In this document: positions 10,789 to 19,468 of the stretch, in pieces
How positions within the stretch are numbered: position 1 is the stretch's first letter
Layout of the letters: every line of letters starts with the position of its first letter
Source: Oligoflexia bacterium
GTDB lineage: Bacteria; Bdellovibrionota; UBA1018
Assembly: GCA_963758495.1 (NCBI GenBank)
Contig: CAVWVI010000004.1
Coordinates: 480,001-544,000, forward strand
DNA length: 64,000 nt
Direction of reading: 5' to 3'
Translations under genes and position numbers: made by a program
The notes under the pieces: generated by a model
What the model saw: only the letters and a program-made list of their open reading frames with translations
Told to the model about the DNA's origin: nothing
Database searches by the model: none

Positions 10789-11154
10789 TTATGCTGCACC
10801 TTGGGAGCCTGCGGCTTGGAGGATCACTTGAGCAAGTTGTTCGATAGTATAAGGCTTCCCCAAAAACCAGGCACCTGGTAAATGACGAGCTCGGCTTTCA
10901 CCTTGTTGAGCCGCTGAAAGAACTACGGTGGGAGGCACCCGACTGAAAGTTGCAAGAATATTTTGATAAACGTCTTCGCCGCTCATACCTTGAAGAGTTA
11001 AATCTAATAGCATCACGTCAGGCCAACTTTGAGATAGGTAATCTAAAACCTTTTCTCCTTTATCTATCAAATCGGCTTGATGTCCATAGGCTTCCAGAAC
11101 CATTCCCAAGGTCTCTCGGATCGAAGAATCATCTTCAACTACTAAAACCCGCAT
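10789..11154 (-). CDS. single-domain response regulator
   Basis: VLVVEDD, PDVMLLD, VVLSA and KPY receiver motifs. Confidence 0.9.
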   Translation of the reverse strand: MRVLVVEDDSSIRETLGMVLEAYGHQADLIDKGEKVLDYLSQSWPDVMLLDLTLQGMSGEDVYQNILATFSRVPPTVVLSAAQQGESRARHLPGAWFLGKPYTIEQLAQVILQAAGSQGAA

Positions 11155-11277
11155 TCAACCTCCTATTTCCAGTTTGTAAAAATACTGAATAAATCAAGAA
11201 TAGAACTCGACACAGTGTCGAACTTTTTGCATATTTAAAGCCAATTTTCTAAGCATCTATATTAAGAAAGGTAAATT

Positions 11278-12672
11278 ATGTCAACACACCGCGAAGAACA
11301 CGATTCTTTAGGAAACGTGAAAGTCCCAGCTCATGTACTCTATGGAGCACAAACTTTGAGAGCAATCGAGAACTATCCCATTTCAGGTCGCACAGCTCAT
11401 CCATCGCTCATTCGAGCTTACCTGCGAATTAAATCTGCAGCAGCCGCGGCAAATCTGAAATACCAAGTATTAGAAGCAAAGAACTCTCAACTCATCACTG
11501 AAGCCGTAGAAGAGCTTTTGAAATATCCTGAAAAAGACTGGCCACAAATATTTCCTGTTGATCCCTATCAAGCTGGCGCGGGTACGAGCCAAAATATGAA
11601 TATAAATGAAGTAGTGGCAAACGTAGCCAATCGAATTGCAAACCACCCTCTTGGAAGCTACAGCCCGATTCACCCTAATGACCATGTCAATCGATCTCAA
11701 TCAACCAATGACAGCTTTCCAACCGCAATGAGGTTGGCGATTTTAGAAACCTCAAAATCACTCTCCCAGGCACTCCATGAACTTTCGAAGGCTTTTAATG
11801 AAAAAGCGAAAAAGTGGCAGATGATTCCAAAATCAGCCAGAACCCATCTGCAAGATGCCGTACCGATGACTCTAGGTCAGGAATTTTCTGCATATAGTGT
11901 AACAATTGAAAAATGCGCTCAATGGATTGATGATGGCAGAAATGCGATCAGAGAATTAGGCATCGGCGGAAGTGCTGCCGGCACTGGCTTAACCGTTCCT
12001 AAAGGTTATGCTGAAACCATAGTCTCTGAACTGGAAAAACTCACAGGTGAAAAATTAAGGTTATCCAAAAATCTCTGTGAAGCCATGCAATCTCAATCTC
12101 CAGTGACTTACTATTCATCCATGTTAAGACTGGTCGCAATTGAAATGACCCGAATCTGCAATGATCTTAGACTGATGGCATCAGGTCCTATGACCGGCTT
12201 AGCTGAAATTCTACTTCCTGCAGTACAGCCAGGCAGCAGCATTATGCCTGGCAAAGTAAATCCATCTATTCTCGAAATGGCGAACCAAACTTGGTTTTCT
12301 GTATTAGGTTATGATCAGACCGTGATTTTTTCAGGACAAGCCGGACAACTTGAACTCAATGTAATGATGCCTATTATGGCCTATTCTATGCTGGAAGCTA
12401 CACATGTCGCAACTCACACCCTAGAAGTGTTAAGGAAGCGTTGCATTGTAGGACTTGAACCTAATGAACCCCGTCTCAAACGATATTTCGAAAGCACACC
12501 TCAAACCGCAACTGCCCTCAGCCCAAAACTAGGGTATGAAAAGACGGCTAAATTAGTTTCGGAATCTCTAGAAAAAGGAATATCCGTGATTGATTTAGTA
12601 CGCGAAAAAGGCTTAATCCCCGAGGAGGAGCTAAAATCTCTCTTGGACATCCGTGCTTTGACGGGACTTTAA
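11278..12672 (+). CDS. aspA: aspartate ammonia-lyase / class II fumarase family (AspA-like)
   Basis: GSSIMPGKVNP signature; QAGAGTSQNMN resembles AspA more than FumC; RTHLQDA. Confidence 0.75.
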   Translation: MSTHREEHDSLGNVKVPAHVLYGAQTLRAIENYPISGRTAHPSLIRAYLRIKSAAAAANLKYQVLEAKNSQLITEAVEELLKYPEKDWPQIFPVDPYQAGAGTSQNMNINEVVANVANRIANHPLGSYSPIHPNDHVNRSQSTNDSFPTAMRLAILETSKSLSQALHELSKAFNEKAKKWQMIPKSARTHLQDAVPMTLGQEFSAYSVTIEKCAQWIDDGRNAIRELGIGGSAAGTGLTVPKGYAETIVSELEKLTGEKLRLSKNLCEAMQSQSPVTYYSSMLRLVAIEMTRICNDLRLMASGPMTGLAEILLPAVQPGSSIMPGKVNPSILEMANQTWFSVLGYDQTVIFSGQAGQLELNVMMPIMAYSMLEATHVATHTLEVLRKRCIVGLEPNEPRLKRYFESTPQTATALSPKLGYEKTAKLVSESLEKGISVIDLVREKGLIPEEELKSLLDIRALTGL

Positions 12673-13689
12673 TTCATCATGGACGGAGATTTCAACATCA
12701 TCCATTGAGTCTCCGTCTTCTTCAAATTCAAGTTCCGGTTTAGCATCAGAACTGCATCCAGGTTGACCAGGGCCATTACCAATTCGAATATGAAGATGGT
12801 TACCATGTCCCGGCATATGACGAATGAACCGTTGGTAAACTTTCCACTCAGGGTCTTTCATTGCAAATTTGGAAAGCGCCCGAATATGGCGTCGATCTAA
12901 AAAAACCGCCTTAATACATGCAAAAGGATTCTTAAAAATCTTTTTCAAAAGCCACCAATTTGTGACCGAATCAAATTGACGATGGAACTTGATAGGTGAT
13001 GTACTGTTCTTATTCACAGTTAAAAAACCAATATCTGCATCTTGTCCTGAAGTATGAGAAGCATGCCCTTTTTTACAACCGCCTCTAGGAGCTGAGATAT
13101 TTCCAATGACTAAATTCACGCCAGATAGAGAGGGGCCCGAGTAGTTTTTGCTAATTTCACGGCCTACCCACTCCAACATTCCAGCCATCGCATCCGTACC
13201 AAAATTTAAGCATTTCTGAGGAGACTGAATGATGAGTCGGTTCACAGAACTCGGAATCACTCTACGACCATAAGCCAAAAAACCGTTATTTACAGTACAG
13301 TAAGCTTGATCACCCCGTTTACCCATTTCTTGTGTCAATAAGCTGAGAATATCTCCTAATTTACCCGATGTAGCGGCGGCAGAATACTCCATCTGCTCCG
13401 CTGTCATTTCATCACAATAACTGGCTTTAATACGCTTCGGGGAACAGCGCCCTCCCTTTGACCGCTTCTTCCTTCCTGGCACTCGCGCCCTTCCACAGCA
13501 CTTATTCCCATTAAAAATAAAATCGGGGCTCCATTTTGAGCAAAACTGTGGAGAAGGTTCAGATGAAAAAACCGGCTTCATGAACTCAGATTCGGGAGAA
13601 CAAGGCGGAAAAATAGGCAAAGTTTCAGCCAAACGTGTCGCAGCCTGTGCTGACACGCATTGAAATAAAAGGATTAAAATTGAAAGCAC
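12631..13689 (-). CDS. penicillin-insensitive murein endopeptidase (MepA-like, M74)
   Basis: Signal peptide; GHASHTSGQDAD and HGNHLHIR zinc motifs; Cys-rich N-terminus. Confidence 0.8.
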   Translation of the reverse strand: MLSILILLFQCVSAQAATRLAETLPIFPPCSPESEFMKPVFSSEPSPQFCSKWSPDFIFNGNKCCGRARVPGRKKRSKGGRCSPKRIKASYCDEMTAEQMEYSAAATSGKLGDILSLLTQEMGKRGDQAYCTVNNGFLAYGRRVIPSSVNRLIIQSPQKCLNFGTDAMAGMLEWVGREISKNYSGPSLSGVNLVIGNISAPRGGCKKGHASHTSGQDADIGFLTVNKNSTSPIKFHRQFDSVTNWWLLKKIFKNPFACIKAVFLDRRHIRALSKFAMKDPEWKVYQRFIRHMPGHGNHLHIRIGNGPGQPGCSSDAKPELEFEEDGDSMDDVEISVHDELKSRQSTDVQERF

Positions 13690-13748
13690 CTACTGACAAT
13701 AAGAAGGAAATGGTTCAGAGTCAACCCTATCGTCAAAACTAACTATTC

Positions 13749-14171
13749 ATGATAGGGTCAAAAGTTTATAGGAAAATTCTATGCCAGACAGTAATGAACC
13801 CAACGAATATAATGACGAATATAATGACGAATATAATAATGAATAGTAATAGTAATAATAATAAAAATGACGAATATTATTACCTGAACCCAGAAGATGT
13901 GGATCCGGTTCGAATTAAGAAAGAACGAGAAAAAGCTCGAAAATTAAAAAAATCTCAATGGTGGCTCAGATTGCTCAATCAAGGCCTATGTCATTATTGT
14001 CAAAAAAAGTTTCCTTCCTCTCAATTGACGATGGACCATGTAGTCCCATTAGCTCGCGGTGGAGAAAGCAAGCCTGGAAATATTGTACCCGCTTGTTCAG
14101 ATTGTAATCGTAATAAAAAACTGGCCACCCCTGTGGACTTGCTTTTGAGAAAAATAGACGAGGAAAGTTGA
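13749..14171 (+). CDS. HNH endonuclease family protein (true start probably downstream)
   Basis: CHYC...LTMDHVVPLARGG...NIVPACSDCN; the N-terminal part is low-complexity repeat. Confidence 0.85.
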   Translation: MIGSKVYRKILCQTVMNPTNIMTNIMTNIIMNSNSNNNKNDEYYYLNPEDVDPVRIKKEREKARKLKKSQWWLRLLNQGLCHYCQKKFPSSQLTMDHVVPLARGGESKPGNIVPACSDCNRNKKLATPVDLLLRKIDEES

Positions 14172-14203
14172 GCAAGGAAAGTTGAACGAGGAAAAGAATA
14201 GTC

Positions 14204-15226
14204 ATGCCTGAATCCAATCAAGGTTTTTTTTATGCGCTGACGCCGGATCGCGTATTAGATGCGGTAGAGACCTTCAACCTAAAATGCACGGGCCGCTGTA
14301 TCACTCTGAATAGCTTTGAAAATCGAGTCTATGATGTCGAACTCGAAAGTGAAGAAGAATCATCTTTAAAACATTTAGCCGCTCACAGAAGAATCGTGAA
14401 GTTTTATCGCCCAGAAAGATGGAGCCCAGAGCAGATTCTAGAAGAACATGAATTTTTAACCGACTTAAAAGAAGCAGAAATCCCTGTCATTTCTCCCTTA
14501 CTTTTTCCTGATGAAAAAACCCTTCAATGCACTCCTGAAAGTAAAATCTGGTTTGCACTTTTTCCAAAAGTAGGAGGGCGAGCGCCTAGTGAACTTTCTG
14601 ATGAACAATTGATTCGGGTCGGTCGCCTTCTCGGACGAATTCATAATGTAGGGGCTTCAAAAACTGCCAAGCATCGCTTTTCATTAACACCGACTACTTA
14701 TGGACATTCAAACCTTGATTTCCTACTCAGCGGAAATTGGATCCCTCTTGAATTTCAAAAAAGATATCAAACAGCGGTTGAAACGATTTGCAAAACCAGT
14801 CAACCCTGGTTTGATGAAACACCCATCCAACGGATTCACGGAGATTGTCACTTAGGCAATCTTCTTTGGAATGATTCAGGTCCATTCTTTTTGGATTTTG
14901 ACGACATGGTGATGGGCCCCGAGGTTCAAGACATTTGGCTACTCGTTCCAGGACGAGATCAGGAATCTCTTCTTCAAAGAGAAGTATTATTAGAAGGCTA
15001 TCGCGAATTTCGCAACTTCCCTTCGATTCACCTTAGGTTAGTGGAACCTCTTCGCGCCCTCCGATTTGTGCATTATTCTGCCTGGATTGCCAGGCGATGG
15101 AGCGACCCCGCTTTTCCTCTCGCATTTCCTCAGTTCGGCTCACATGAATACTGGAGCAATGAAGTGAGAGACATGGAAGAACAGGTGCGGTTAGTGACGG
15201 AGATTTCTTCACTATCAGTTATTTAA
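14204..15226 (+). CDS. srkA: stress response kinase SrkA/RdoA
   Basis: LNSFENRVY, KFYRPERWS, IHGDCHLGN, LDFDD and WSDPAFPLAFP motifs. Confidence 0.9.
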   Translation: MPESNQGFFYALTPDRVLDAVETFNLKCTGRCITLNSFENRVYDVELESEEESSLKHLAAHRRIVKFYRPERWSPEQILEEHEFLTDLKEAEIPVISPLLFPDEKTLQCTPESKIWFALFPKVGGRAPSELSDEQLIRVGRLLGRIHNVGASKTAKHRFSLTPTTYGHSNLDFLLSGNWIPLEFQKRYQTAVETICKTSQPWFDETPIQRIHGDCHLGNLLWNDSGPFFLDFDDMVMGPEVQDIWLLVPGRDQESLLQREVLLEGYREFRNFPSIHLRLVEPLRALRFVHYSAWIARRWSDPAFPLAFPQFGSHEYWSNEVRDMEEQVRLVTEISSLSVI

Positions 15227-15296
15227 AAACTAATGAACAGAGAATTGCGGCAATCAATCAAAAGTAATCACTAAAGCAACGGTTCAAGAACTTGGG

Positions 15297-17243
15297 TTAC
15301 GGCAGAATCACAAGGCGAAAACCCAGATTCTCACTGCGGAGTACCGGCCACACCCACCCAACGCGCCCAGCCGGCCGACAGTCCTGGGCACCAGTGCCCC
15401 AGTCGCCGCCCCGAATGACACGGATAACGCCATAATTTGGCCCTTGCGGATCTTGAATAGGAATCAGAGTCCCATCCCTCCTTCGAGAGTTCCTTGAGTA
15501 AGATCCATACCACGAGTCAGACCACTCCAACACATTTCCTAATACGTCTTTCATTCCATAAGAGTTTACCGGTATTTCTGTAGTTCCTACCGGATGAACA
15601 TGACCTCCAGAGTTCTCAAAATACCAAGCATATTTCCTGAGTTGAGTTAGATCGGTGCCCCATGGATAGGTAGTTTGAGTGATCTTCTTTTCGTCATAAC
15701 TCAATCTCATATAATATTCCTGCTGAGCTTCCGTTGGAAGCTTCGCTCGAATCCCTTTTTTTTCCAGTTTTTGAATCACCTTTTGAGCGTCATCCCAATT
15801 CACATGTGTCATTGGACAAGTCAGACACTCCCTCCAGTTTGTAATCTCATGAGAGCCAGGATCTTCGCCTGTAATTTTATTCCACTGCTCCCGAGTCAGT
15901 TTCGTATCCATTACGAAAAAAGGGCTTAACTCTACCAGATGTTCCGTTTCACTATCGACTCGACCTCGGCGTCTTTCCTCTGCTGTGTCTGGAGTTCCCA
16001 TCGTAAACCTTCCACCAGGAAGTGCCACAACATGAATTCCAAATTCCGCCAGCTTCTGGTTCATTCTCTTTTCTGGATTGTTCATGTCATCCAGGAAGTC
16101 ATGCGCCGCCCGATGCCCTTGCTCGACCGCTTTCTTTAACCAATTCTTTGCTTGGGCTTCATCTCTAGGTACCTCAAACCCATCGGCATACATCACTCCA
16201 AGACCAAACTGGATCTGCATATCTCCCTCTTGAGCTGCCTTTAAACTGTCGCTCCAGTGCTTCTTGAGCCACTGAGATGCCAATTGAAAATCTTGAGCAA
16301 TCCAATCATTCCCATGCAAATAAATTTTTACCAGTGCTCGCTCTGCTTCTGCTAAATGAGAAAAGTGTTCGTCATGGGCATTTTTCCATATTTGCACGAA
16401 CTTTCGAAATCCACGGCGTTTCAAAGCTTCATGAGCCTGGGAGTTTCCACTTCTTGCGGCTTTCTCATACCATTCCGCCGCTTTCACAAAGTCCTGAGGA
16501 CACTCCTCCCCTTTTTCCATAGCTTGTCCCACTACAAATTGAGCTTCAGGATTTCCTGCTTCTGCCAGTTTCTCCGTAATCCGAATTCCCTTCTTCAGAA
16601 ATCTCTGGGCAACTTCAGGTAAACCCCTACTCTTAAATTCAGCCCCCTTCGCTATGTAAGCCTGACTGATTTCACCCAAACTCGCCATTCGTTCCGATCC
16701 ATTTCCTCCGTGCGGAATTTCACGAACCAAGTAAATAGAAATCGGATTCCCTTCCGTATGCAAAGTCATCATCGGATCAAAAATATATTCATATCCTGCA
16801 AAAGACCCATCCCACCGGACAGTGTCATCATGAATGCCTTCAAAAAGCTCACGCGTTTCCTGAGTTAACTTCACTGGATCAGCCGTTACGGGGTGAAGCG
16901 GAATCTTCTTTCCCTGCGACTCATCGCTTTGTGCTTGGACTAGCAACTTTTTACGATTATTTTGATCTCCTTGCCGCGTCCAAACAGAGAGTTCTCCCAG
17001 TCCAGTTCCCCTGACCTTCCAACCTTCAAAGTCATCTACATCAATCAAGACATCTGAGAAAAGCTGGACCACCGTTATTTCCGGAGCTTTAAGAGAAGAG
17101 TGACGGGCATGCGCACTTTGTGGGGTCGCAGTTGCTTGAGGCTCCGAACTTGAGGAGTTCTCAGCACCCATAGCGATCCCTGCCCAACAAAATACACTCA
17201 CGCCCAAAATCCCTAAGCCTCGGCAAATCAGTTTTATACCCAT
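15297..17243 (-). CDS. secreted SEL1-repeat + FGE/SUMF1 (C-type-lectin-fold) protein; candidate DGR target
   Basis: ATG at 17243 with a GAGGGGA RBS; signal peptide; SEL1 repeats (AQFVVGQAMEKG...KAAEWYEKAA, QFGLGVMYADG...KKAVEQG); FGE motifs FTMG, LPTEAQQEY, GNVLEW and RGGDW...GFRLV. Confidence 0.85.
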   Translation of the reverse strand: MGIKLICRGLGILGVSVFCWAGIAMGAENSSSSEPQATATPQSAHARHSSLKAPEITVVQLFSDVLIDVDDFEGWKVRGTGLGELSVWTRQGDQNNRKKLLVQAQSDESQGKKIPLHPVTADPVKLTQETRELFEGIHDDTVRWDGSFAGYEYIFDPMMTLHTEGNPISIYLVREIPHGGNGSERMASLGEISQAYIAKGAEFKSRGLPEVAQRFLKKGIRITEKLAEAGNPEAQFVVGQAMEKGEECPQDFVKAAEWYEKAARSGNSQAHEALKRRGFRKFVQIWKNAHDEHFSHLAEAERALVKIYLHGNDWIAQDFQLASQWLKKHWSDSLKAAQEGDMQIQFGLGVMYADGFEVPRDEAQAKNWLKKAVEQGHRAAHDFLDDMNNPEKRMNQKLAEFGIHVVALPGGRFTMGTPDTAEERRRGRVDSETEHLVELSPFFVMDTKLTREQWNKITGEDPGSHEITNWRECLTCPMTHVNWDDAQKVIQKLEKKGIRAKLPTEAQQEYYMRLSYDEKKITQTTYPWGTDLTQLRKYAWYFENSGGHVHPVGTTEIPVNSYGMKDVLGNVLEWSDSWYGSYSRNSRRRDGTLIPIQDPQGPNYGVIRVIRGGDWGTGAQDCRPAGRVGWVWPVLRSENLGFRLVILP

Positions 17244-17261
17244 ACTTCCCCTCAACCGTTA

Positions 17262-17290
17262 TTATCGGTTGTCTCAAAACTAAGCTTGAG
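17262..17290 (-). promoter_or_regulatory. putative sigma28/FliA-type promoter
   Basis: Minus strand reads CTCAAG-N16-CCGATAA, close to TAAA-N15-GCCGATAA, and ends 18 nt upstream of the ATG at 17243. Confidence 0.55.
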
Positions 17291-17465
17291 GACCATTGCA
17301 ACCTCTCAATAACTTTAGGAAAACTTAGATGGAATTAGGCAAACGACCGATTGACAAAGGTATGGCTAAGCGAATTGCCAAGGACTTGAAGGTGGACTAC
17401 CGTATATTTCTATAGATATTTTATTCCTAAACTCAACGCTTAACGAATTACGGTTATACCTACCC

Positions 17466-18644
17466 CTATCCCCTCAGAGGATGAATTTCAAAATCCTTCT
17501 CAAAATAAGAATTTGCAGTGTGAGTTAAAATAAGAAGACGAAAAAGCTGATCCACTTTCTTTTGAAACGCATGAAGCGAGTCCATATCACCGCGAGTAGT
17601 TACTTCCTGAGGTTGAATTTGAATAGCTAAACTTGCTGGAGAATTTCTTTTACCACCCCAATCAAAAATCAGTGGCACGCGAGAAGTTTTTTGATTTCTA
17701 TAATAATAAACCTGAGGACGACCTAATCCTTGATTTTCAAAATACGCAAGTGCTTCAAAAAGCACATGGGTTCTAGCGACATTTGCTGGTGTTGCTCCTA
17801 AGTGACTCATGAACCCAGCATCGCATAAAGTGTAGAGAGCTTTTCCAACCCCACTTCGATGAGGTTCAATTCGATAAACGACCAAAATAGCTTCTAAAGC
17901 TTTTAGATACCGCCCAATAACACGGGCGTCTTTTCTAAGTCTTTTCGCTAAATGAGCGAGTGTTGCTTCTTCTGCTTTGGCAATTTCCATCAGAATCGCC
18001 AGACCCAGTCCCCCGTCTAATTTCGAACCTTGAACTTGTTGTAGATCTCTGTAGCAGGTCGTTTCTAGCCACATATCACAAGAAACGCTAAATTCGTTAG
18101 AATCACGTAAAAAACAAAGACCAGGCATTCCGCCTCGGGTTACTTTTTTTTCATATTCCTCAAGAGATAAAATAGCTTTACACTCTGCCTTCTTTGAAAA
18201 ATAATTTCCGACTTCTTTTCCGTAGAGTTCCCGCAAAGTCATAGGATAAAGATGCAAAATCCCTATTCTTCCCGTCAAAGATTCTCTAATTCCTGTGAGT
18301 TTTGAAAACTCTGTGGAACCACTTATGACAAACATTCCAGGACGGCGATTCTGATCTACATGATATTTTATGGAATCAAAGAGATCTCCTGCTTTTTGAA
18401 CTTCATCAATAATTTTAATTTTCTGGTCACTAGGCTCAGTAAATGCCTCGGGGGTATTTTGAGCTCGTGCTCTTTCAGTAAGAGAATCTAACGTAATATA
18501 TTTGCCGTCTATTTTTGGTAGCAAAAGGTCTCGTAATAAAACACTTTTTCCTGTTTGCCTTGCGCCCACCAATCCCACCACTGGCCAAAGTTTGAGTCTT
18601 TTTAATAAGATCGGGAGAATTTCTCGTTTTCTTTGATGCGGCAT
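17466..18644 (-). CDS. AAA+ ATPase (AAA_14 + DUF4143 type)
   Basis: Walker A GARQTGKS, Walker B IIDEVQK, GSTEFS...ESLTGR and GGMP motifs. Confidence 0.85.
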   Translation of the reverse strand: MPHQRKREILPILLKRLKLWPVVGLVGARQTGKSVLLRDLLLPKIDGKYITLDSLTERARAQNTPEAFTEPSDQKIKIIDEVQKAGDLFDSIKYHVDQNRRPGMFVISGSTEFSKLTGIRESLTGRIGILHLYPMTLRELYGKEVGNYFSKKAECKAILSLEEYEKKVTRGGMPGLCFLRDSNEFSVSCDMWLETTCYRDLQQVQGSKLDGGLGLAILMEIAKAEEATLAHLAKRLRKDARVIGRYLKALEAILVVYRIEPHRSGVGKALYTLCDAGFMSHLGATPANVARTHVLFEALAYFENQGLGRPQVYYYRNQKTSRVPLIFDWGGKRNSPASLAIQIQPQEVTTRGDMDSLHAFQKKVDQLFRLLILTHTANSYFEKDFEIHPLRG

Positions 18645-18882
18645 TGAATCTCAGTATATCTTACCGATTTCTGCATGTATACGTATAAATCAGTATGACA
18701 TAAGAGTCCAAAAAGTATTTATATGTGTGTATTCAACTTTAAAATACGTTAAGTTTTAAGGTAGTTTGAAATCTTATTAAGTCCAAATTTCCTTATAGAT
18801 TCCGATTGGTTATGATTAAAACAGAGCAACCTGAGATTGAAAACCTCCGTCTTCCCGCCTAGGGCCAGTGGATGAACGTGGT

Positions 18883-19158
18883 CTAGCTGAATTTTATGTC
18901 GTGAATTACAGATTCTGCCAGTATATCCTTCAATAGTTTCATTGCCCCTAATCGCCGCGCAGCTGCACCTTCCGAATAGTGAAGCCCTCTTACCAAATAA
19001 TCGAATAAAGTATTGAATCCCCTCTGTGCATGTAATCTGCGCCGACCGACTTCCTTGATATGATGCAACACTGCTAAAATTAATTTTCGCTCCTCTTGAG
19101 CAAGAGATTGGGTTTTTGAAAATAAGTCACTATCGGTCAGATTTCTTAAGTTTTGCAT
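18883..19158 (-). pseudogene. N-terminal fragment of a DUF222-like/HNH family protein
   Basis: LAQEERKLILAVLHHIKEVGRRRLH...GFNTLFDYLVRGLHYSEGAAARR resembles the N-terminus of long multi-copy HNH proteins, but the ORF stops after ~90 aa. Confidence 0.55.
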
Positions 19159-19468
19159 CGTAAAAATCACATAACACGAAAATCCTCCATGACCTGGAAA
19201 ATACTGATGAGTCCGAATTCAAGTCTCAAGGTCCAATTTCAACACGATTTGTTTCGCATTTTTTAGTCTCTACATGACCTGATTTTTGCACAAGTGAAAC
19301 CCTATGCAATACTTCAGAGAATTACACATACAGATGCAGAAACAAGATTATTACCGAATACTTGGATTTTTTAGAAAAAGTAAATAAATTTAATAAATTA
19401 CTTGACTATAATATTAAAAAAGAGTAGGTTGCTCCAAATTACTTTGGGTAAAAAAAGGGAAAGTTGTC

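Noticed and set aside
15297..19468. Complete DGR cassette (template repeat, RT, avd) beside the FGE gene
   Set aside because: No second copy of the variable region and no RT motifs found by eye in the window; only the target is reported
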